64,000 nucleotides of DNA, from positions 8,886-72,885 of the IMG/VR virus record IMGVR_UViG_3300021961_011210; one strand, 5' to 3'. A program made the position numbers and the translations under genes. Positions 57,907 through 64,000 of the stretch are shown piece by piece. The notes below the pieces were generated by a model. That model saw only the letters and a list, made by a program, of their open reading frames with translations, was not told the origin of the DNA and searched no databases. Source of the DNA: a virus. Position 1 is the first letter of the stretch. Each line of letters opens with the position of its first letter.

Positions 57907-58464
57907 TTATTGAATTTTTTTGATAGATGTTACTCTTCCTTCAAAAATATGTTTTCCAACCTTTAGTTCGAGTCTTTCGTTAGCTTTGGTTGTTGATTCT
58001 GTTATTACACCCAAACTTTTCAATTCTTCTTTCACCACATCTTTGATTGTGTCTCTAACTGTATCCCTAATCATATTTCTTAATTCGTTCATATTGAAAT
58101 TAGATGTCTGAGAATTTTGAGGACTGTTTGTTGGTTTTTTGTTTTCATTCATTAACCTTGACGCTTTCTCAACTAAATCATCCGAAAGTGTTGGTCCATT
58201 TAATGATGGCTGAACAATTGGATTTTCAATCATTAATTTTTTTATCTCGTCAGGTAATCGAGAATTCATTACCCTAGACTGATCGTAGGGTTGACTTACA
58301 TTTATAGTTTGTTGTATCGGTGCGGTTGGCTGTTCAATTAAGGATTGAGAGTCAGAATAATTTACAGATTCTGGCACGTCGCCAACTACCTGTCCTCTAG
58401 GTATTCTGTCATGGGCTTCCATTACTTTTTTTGCCATGACTAATTTTTGCATCAAATCACTCAT
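57907..58464 (-). CDS. Hypothetical protein
   Basis: 185 aa in the late operon. Confidence 0.75.
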   Translation of the reverse strand: MSDLMQKLVMAKKVMEAHDRIPRGQVVGDVPESVNYSDSQSLIEQPTAPIQQTINVSQPYDQSRVMNSRLPDEIKKLMIENPIVQPSLNGPTLSDDLVEKASRLMNENKKPTNSPQNSQTSNFNMNELRNMIRDTVRDTIKDVVKEELKSLGVITESTTKANERLELKVGKHIFEGRVTSIKKIQ

Positions 58465-58468
58465 ATTT

Positions 58469-58849
58469 TTAAAATTTTGCGTTCAGAATTACTCTTGTCA
58501 TACTTTTATCACCTGTTGGATTATATCCAGGTCGTGGACTATTAAATTTCTCCAAAGTTGGTTTGAAAGTAAAGATTTTATCGACTCGGAAAAGTCTCCA
58601 CCCAGGTAATGGTTGTTCACCTATTCTTGCGGTGTGTGAGGCACCTTCCTGATCCCAAGCTCTGAGTACTACATTCCCTCTTTTACTGTAACCAACACAG
58701 ACAGGTTCGATAGTTCGCAAACCTTTACCACCCGGCTCGTCCCCATCATAATAGATAGTAACTACCGTTTTTTGTTGAATAGCATCTTGAATATCCTTCA
58801 AGGATGCAATTTCGGTGATTAAAGATTTTAAACTACCAACTAATCTCAC
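58469..58849 (-). CDS. Stand-alone WYL domain protein
   Basis: V.IYY......G.RTIEP..VG......LRAW...WRLFRVDKI. Confidence 0.8.
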   Translation of the reverse strand: MRLVGSLKSLITEIASLKDIQDAIQQKTVVTIYYDGDEPGGKGLRTIEPVCVGYSKRGNVVLRAWDQEGASHTARIGEQPLPGWRLFRVDKIFTFKPTLEKFNSPRPGYNPTGDKSMTRVILNAKF

Positions 58850-59145
58850 TGATTCACACTATAGTATGGTTTATCCGGATTGTATTTATTTACAACGATA
58901 TCTGATTTTCTTTCGATGATATCAGTCTTGGTACCTGCGTTGTAATTGTAGATATCTAAATCACCACCAGTACCTCTTCCAATTTCATCACCGTTTGCTA
59001 GTGCCGCTGAATTTACGGGTGAATATTCATTAGAGGTGTCAGAAAAATCGTTTCTTGCAAAAAGTTTTCTTCTTTCAGCTTCTGCAATTTTAGACAATTC
59101 ATTGTCTGGTTGGGAAAAATCTAATTGATCTGATTGTTGTGCCAT
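58846..59145 (-). CDS. Hypothetical protein
   Basis: 99 aa, coupled by TAATG/ATGA overlaps. Confidence 0.75.
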   Translation of the reverse strand: MAQQSDQLDFSQPDNELSKIAEAERRKLFARNDFSDTSNEYSPVNSAALANGDEIGRGTGGDLDIYNYNAGTKTDIIERKSDIVVNKYNPDKPYYSVNQ

Positions 59146-59609
59146 TATAAAATAGTTTGCATTAATTCGTTTATTTTTTTGATGTTTTCGGTAACTGACG
59201 TGTCGAATTTGTTTATACCTTTTTCGTGTCTGTCATGAGGGTTAACGATAGCATTTTTCTTTTCGTGATTACGTATGAATTGATTACTCATACCGGTATC
59301 ATGTTTAGTTTGTTTTCCTGTCTCTAAGGTATTTCTCCAATGATTCAATACATGATCACACCAACGGTTCATACGATCACCACCATTTAAAATGAAAGGT
59401 GCGTCTTCTTTTTTTCCTGCATATGAATCGAACCAATTTTTCATTCTCTTCAATTGTTGATAAGTGACGAACCCATTTTCTCTGAGTTCTTTGTTTCTGT
59501 TGTGTCCTTCAACATTTGCATCACTTTCTAAAGCAGAAAAAGATTGCTCCAAGTGTTTCATTAGAGATTCAGGGAGTTTAGCCTTTCTATCGTAAAGTGT
59601 CTTATTCAC
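59145..59609 (-). CDS. Hypothetical protein, paralogous to the C-terminal module of 31672-33351
   Basis: G..R..L...KRMK.WFD...ILNGGD...W; C-terminal ENIKKINELM. Confidence 0.75.
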   Translation of the reverse strand: MNKTLYDRKAKLPESLMKHLEQSFSALESDANVEGHNRNKELRENGFVTYQQLKRMKNWFDSYAGKKEDAPFILNGGDRMNRWCDHVLNHWRNTLETGKQTKHDTGMSNQFIRNHEKKNAIVNPHDRHEKGINKFDTSVTENIKKINELMQTIL

Positions 59610-60324
59610 CTTTCATCATTTTTAATAATTCATTGGGAGAAAAACCTTCTTTTTTTGCTAACTTAAGAACAGATTTAATATTTCGTTTCAGAATATCAGA
59701 TGGTTCTTGTGTTTTTTGTTTGAGTTCCTTTGTGTCTGATTTAGAAGTCACCAAATCCTCAATAATTTTTTTTATTTCTTCTTCACTCAATTCTTTTTCT
59801 GTCAAACGTTGAGTTACTACGAAATTTTTCTTTTTTTTGATGTCTTTTGGTGTTTTTGCATCCAAATTAAAAGTTTTACCAAATCCTTCACATCTTTGTT
59901 TTGCCGAATCTTCATCCAGTCCCATTTCCTTTACTAAGTATTTTACACACTCTTCTGCTGTTAAATCTTTGGTTTCCTCATACCCAAAAGCATCACTCAT
60001 GTCCACTTCTTTCAACTCACTTTCATTATAATACCTTCTAAATCCTCTTGTCCACGGATCTTGAGGTGTTCTAGCCATTGCAACTGTTTGATCCATAGTT
60101 TTCTTTGGAGTCATTTTTGGATCGAGGATTGGAATTTTAGAACTTGTAAAAGTCCCATCATAATCTATGAGTTCTTCCAATTCTTTTTTCTTGGTGTGTT
60201 TCAAAAAAGTCTTATGGGACTCACATGGCATAAATTTATCACCATGTTTGTGAGTACCCTCACATCCAATTTTTTCAGCTTTTGATAATGCTTCTTTTTC
60301 TGTTGCAAAAAGAAATGATTTCAT
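59602..60324 (-). CDS. Hypothetical protein with a DUF3721-like N-terminal module
   Basis: A...A..IGCEGTH.HG..FMPC..H; start placed at ATG 60324 after TATTTAT (60349-60343). Confidence 0.7.
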   Translation of the reverse strand: MKSFLFATEKEALSKAEKIGCEGTHKHGDKFMPCESHKTFLKHTKKKELEELIDYDGTFTSSKIPILDPKMTPKKTMDQTVAMARTPQDPWTRGFRRYYNESELKEVDMSDAFGYEETKDLTAEECVKYLVKEMGLDEDSAKQRCEGFGKTFNLDAKTPKDIKKKKNFVVTQRLTEKELSEEEIKKIIEDLVTSKSDTKELKQKTQEPSDILKRNIKSVLKLAKKEGFSPNELLKMMKGE

Positions 60325-60342
60325 GAATATCTTTATTTTCCT

Positions 60343-60368
60343 ATAAATACAACAAAGATGGTATTTAT
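60343..60368. promoter_or_regulatory. Back-to-back putative late promoters
   Basis: TATTTAT on the minus strand (60349-60343) and plus strand (60362-60368) between divergent genes. Confidence 0.65.
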
Positions 60369-60384
60369 CAATAAAAACCATTGA

Positions 60385-63300
60385 ATGGCGTCTCAGAATA
60401 TAAACAACTATTATTTTAATAGGTTCGATTTAAGGAACACTTTTTACTCCTACAACGATATTTTTTTAGTTTCGGACGAAAAAGATTATGATACTGAGGT
60501 TGTTTTTTCTTCAGAACTAATTGCGTATAACGATGGAGATAGATTACCTGTATATCTTGATTTCAATTCGAGTGGTTCTTCCCAACAGTTAGAAATACAA
60601 TATGGAGATTTCAAATCGGGTGATACCGTAGTATCATTGAATTACTACAATCCACTCAATTTAGATTTAACTTGTTTAAGTGCATTCACAGGTACTTGTG
60701 ACGTTGGACTTGTAGCCACCGACAATGGTTTATATACAAAAATGTCAGGTGAGACTCTGTTTTATTCTATGGGTATTAGAGATGATTATAAATTTCATCC
60801 TTATTACTACGATAGAAGATTTAAAATGCACCCAATTACGGGATACACCGAAAGTCCAAATGTACGTTTTTCAGGAAACACAGACAGAACTTTATACAAT
60901 ATAGTATCGGTTACAGGCACTACTGAAGGTGTTTATCGTGAGCTTTTTGGTGGATTTTACCAAGGATTCTACAAACTTTACGGATATGATTATGAAGTTT
61001 TCCCCGAAAGAGTTAATAAGGGATGGACTGTGGAAATGCTTTTAAAACCGAGAATTGCTGGTATGTACCCACCTGTTTCGGGTGAGACTACTTTAAATTC
61101 AGTTTATCCCAACAATTCGAACATTTTCTTTTATTTTGGTACCAGAGCCGAAGACAAATATTATCATTATGCCTCAGGAATCTCACAAACAGATTCAGGT
61201 TATACTAGAGTGACTGAACATCTAGGTTGTATAAGAACTTGTGGGTGTGCGGACACAGCAACAACAACTTCTGATTGTTATCAAGTCTATCCGCAATCAG
61301 CATATACAGTTACTCACTTTGGTGGATGTTGTGACTGCCCAACTGAAGAACCGGTACCGCCTAAAGATGCAAAAATCGACGTGTTATCAAACGCTTTAGC
61401 GTTAAGATTTTCGGGTGACCCGTGTAACCCAAAATTAGGAGTAAGATACATCAAGTATACTGGTGATTGTGTTACCACGGGGGTTTGTGAAACTAGTGGA
61501 TTAACATACACAACAGGTTATACTATAGATGAAGTTTATTCTTCAAGAGGTATATATGATGATTGTGATTTTCCGACTGGTGAGTGTGCCGATAGGTGGG
61601 TGCAGATTGATGTTGTTTTTGACAGATATCTCACAATTGATGGTTGTGATTTACTGAACTTGGGCGGTTTAGGAGATTTGAGAAGAATGACATACACATC
61701 TTCTACGTTCAACGCTTCCGTAAATTTAATAAGTCCACCACAAACACACCCTGGTGCACCACACGAAAAAGAAATAGAAGTTATTGAATTCACTCGTAGA
61801 TGGGAAGATGATTTGGATTACAGACTTGGAAGATTAATGTTCTATGTCAATGGTTATCTTTTCATGGTTGTTGAAAATTTTGAAGAAATTATTCCAAGAG
61901 AACTAAATACCCTCAAAGAAAAACAAGTTGGTGTACCCTTCAACATTTCTTGGGGAGGAGGTTCTTTGGGGTTGAGAGAAAGTTTAATTTTTTCAGGGTG
62001 TAACCAACCTTACGGACCGTACATTCAAGACCCTGAATTGATGCCAAATTCAACTTTATCAGGGACAAGTCTCTCTGCCTTAACAACTGACATATTAATT
62101 GAACCTAATTTTGCGGGAACCTTCGACGGTGCAATTTCTCAATTTAGGATGTATGTTGAACCATTATCTGCACCTCAGATACAACATAATTTCAGAATAC
62201 TTAAAGATACTTTTAATCTATTTGATTTTTGGTGTGTGAACTGCACAGATGTAGTTGATGTGTGTGATTTTGATTTTGAGTTTATTAAATCATCACCAAC
62301 ACCAACTCCGAGTGTTACTGCGACGCCTACACCAACATATACACCAACACAAACAACAACACCTACTCCAACTGAGACTCCAACTCAGACGGTTACTCCT
62401 ACACAAACACATACACCTACACAAACACATACACCCACACAAACAACGACACCCACACCAACTGAGACTCCAACTCAGACGGTTACACCAACTAATAGTT
62501 TGACACCAACAAATACGCCCACCCTTACATCTACTCCCACAAATACATTAACACCAACACAATCAGTTACACCATCAGTCACTGCAACAGAAACGCCAAC
62601 TAACACTCCAACTACAACTACGACTGTAACTCCATCTGTAACTCCATCTTTAACACCGACAAATACACCAACCATAACACCTTCAACTTCAAACCCACTT
62701 GACGGTGCATATTACTATATCTCAGCAAATGAATACGACGTTTGTTATGGTACGGTTCCTTCAGATATTATATATGGGCAAGACGGGTTAAACGTTGGAC
62801 AAATCTTGTATCAAGATGCTGCGGCTACGGATCCTTACACAATTGCAGAATTGCAAGCCTTGTTATCGACAACTGCAACAACTTTTTATGTTAGAGAGAT
62901 TTCAGGTGGTGATGTTTTCACAATTACGGATAATGGTAGTGGAGATGCTTTGGCTCAGTCCCAATCCCCTTGTGTTTCTTTGACTCCGACTCAAACACCT
63001 ACGCCGACTCCGACACCGACTTTAACAATAACGCCCACACAATCAGTGACTCCAACACAAACCTCAACTCAAACGGCAACTCAAACTGGAACACCTACAC
63101 CAACAAATACTTCGACTCCGACTAACACACAAACACCAACCAACACTCAGACTCTAACAAACACTCTGACTCCTACAAACACTCAGACTCCAACAAACAC
63201 TCTGACTCCTACAAATACTCAAACACCAACAAATACTTCGACTCAAACTACAACTCCTACTCCAACACAATCAATCACTCCTTCAGTGACTGAAAGTCCT

Positions 63301-64000
63301 GCAACGACATTGAGCCCAACTCCAACAAACACACCAACCCCAACAAATACTTCAACTCCTACACCAACCGCAACTCCAACACAAACGGAAACTCCTACAC
63401 AAACATATACACCAACAAATACACCTTCACCTACTATCGCCATTATACCAACCGATCCAACATTGGAAATTTATTACAAGGGAGACTCGGCAACTCAATT
63501 TACACCAACACCAAATAGTGGTGATACGTTTAACCAATGGATTGATTCTTCTGCGAATGCCCATAATGCAAATCCAATTGGTGGTGGTAATAAACCACAG
63601 TGGTGGGCGAATCAACAGTGTGGTTTGGGTGGAGCATACTTTAATGGTAGTAGTATGGGATTGAGTGTAAACCCATTGACTGATTTACAGTCCAAGGTTG
63701 GTGAAACAATTATTGTGGTTGCCAGAACATTCACAACAGCAACAACACAACAATATATTCAAGCAGGAGAAGATGGAAACACTGGTTTGTTAGAAACTTT
63801 CGTAAGACAAAGTGGTGGAACTTACAACATAGCGATGGGGGGTGGATTTGCAACTGGTGGACAAGTCACAACAGGTACTACAATAATTTCTGCGGTATTT
63901 GATGGTACACAAACAGGAAATACAGACAGACTGAAGTTTAGACTAAATGGCTGTGAACAAACACTAAATTACATCACAAACGTTGGCACTTCAACAAGTC
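60385..64000 (+). CDS. Very large virion structural protein with mucin-like Thr-Pro tracts and a LamG-like region (partial, runs off the window)
   Basis: Frame open from ATG 60385 (MASQNINNYYF) to the window end, >1200 aa; missing from the ORF track because it has no stop codon here. Confidence 0.85.
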   Translation, partial: MASQNINNYYFNRFDLRNTFYSYNDIFLVSDEKDYDTEVVFSSELIAYNDGDRLPVYLDFNSSGSSQQLEIQYGDFKSGDTVVSLNYYNPLNLDLTCLSAFTGTCDVGLVATDNGLYTKMSGETLFYSMGIRDDYKFHPYYYDRRFKMHPITGYTESPNVRFSGNTDRTLYNIVSVTGTTEGVYRELFGGFYQGFYKLYGYDYEVFPERVNKGWTVEMLLKPRIAGMYPPVSGETTLNSVYPNNSNIFFYFGTRAEDKYYHYASGISQTDSGYTRVTEHLGCIRTCGCADTATTTSDCYQVYPQSAYTVTHFGGCCDCPTEEPVPPKDAKIDVLSNALALRFSGDPCNPKLGVRYIKYTGDCVTTGVCETSGLTYTTGYTIDEVYSSRGIYDDCDFPTGECADRWVQIDVVFDRYLTIDGCDLLNLGGLGDLRRMTYTSSTFNASVNLISPPQTHPGAPHEKEIEVIEFTRRWEDDLDYRLGRLMFYVNGYLFMVVENFEEIIPRELNTLKEKQVGVPFNISWGGGSLGLRESLIFSGCNQPYGPYIQDPELMPNSTLSGTSLSALTTDILIEPNFAGTFDGAISQFRMYVEPLSAPQIQHNFRILKDTFNLFDFWCVNCTDVVDVCDFDFEFIKSSPTPTPSVTATPTPTYTPTQTTTPTPTETPTQTVTPTQTHTPTQTHTPTQTTTPTPTETPTQTVTPTNSLTPTNTPTLTSTPTNTLTPTQSVTPSVTATETPTNTPTTTTTVTPSVTPSLTPTNTPTITPSTSNPLDGAYYYISANEYDVCYGTVPSDIIYGQDGLNVGQILYQDAAATDPYTIAELQALLSTTATTFYVREISGGDVFTITDNGSGDALAQSQSPCVSLTPTQTPTPTPTPTLTITPTQSVTPTQTSTQTATQTGTPTPTNTSTPTNTQTPTNTQTLTNTLTPTNTQTPTNTLTPTNTQTPTNTSTQTTTPTPTQSITPSVTESPATTLSPTPTNTPTPTNTSTPTPTATPTQTETPTQTYTPTNTPSPTIAIIPTDPTLEIYYKGDSATQFTPTPNSGDTFNQWIDSSANAHNANPIGGGNKPQWWANQQCGLGGAYFNGSSMGLSVNPLTDLQSKVGETIIVVARTFTTATTQQYIQAGEDGNTGLLETFVRQSGGTYNIAMGGGFATGGQVTTGTTIISAVFDGTQTGNTDRLKFRLNGCEQTLNYITNVGTSTS
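62290..62696 (+). repeat. Thr-Pro low-complexity tract 1
   Basis: (TP/TQT/TNT)n; includes a DNA duplication with 90 bp period (62370 and 62460). Confidence 0.92.
62980..63452 (+). repeat. Thr-Pro low-complexity tract 2
   Basis: (TPTNT/TPTQT)n with an internal 36 bp period near 63142-63220. Confidence 0.92.

Noticed and set aside
60325-60381. Extended start of the 259-aa minus-strand ORF
   Set aside because: It crosses the back-to-back late motifs; ATG 60324 fits better.
1-64000. Alternative genetic code
   Set aside because: Code 11 gives dense, full-length hallmark genes with no fragmentation.

Overview
This is a 64 kb segment of an AT-rich, large T4-like (jumbo-type) phage genome in standard code 11. 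The host is almost certainly Bacteroidota, based on TAnnTTTG (-7) and TTG (-33) host promoters, a Bacteroidota-type bS21 with Tyr54, a DUF4494-like gene, a tmRNA tag starting GE and the absence of obvious Shine-Dalgarno sites. From left to right it contains: (1) late genes for putative head-packaged proteins; (2) an RNA island with tRNA-Leu(UAA) split by an IC3 group I intron carrying an HNH endonuclease, a tmRNA with an unusual 21-codon tag and an unidentified ~85-nt structured RNA; (3) proteostasis genes (zinc peptidase, ClpC lacking its N-domain, Hsp20 with palindromic operators); (4) the head module (terminase, portal, bS21, prohead protease, scaffold, major capsid); (5) baseplate and other structural genes; (6) a ~17 kb operon of glycosyltransferases and sugar-nucleotide enzymes (GDP-colitose pathway, split HldE) ending in a gp55-like late sigma factor; and (7) the start of a giant structural protein with mucin-like Thr-Pro tracts. 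The two strongest candidates for undescribed systems are a virion glycosylation system with a candidate [ST]-G-x-[ST] sequon and a scaffold-mimicking address tag plus cleavage site shared by many cargo proteins, including OmpA-like, WYL and pre-toxin-like domains. All family assignments come from motif recognition by eye; no database searches were run.
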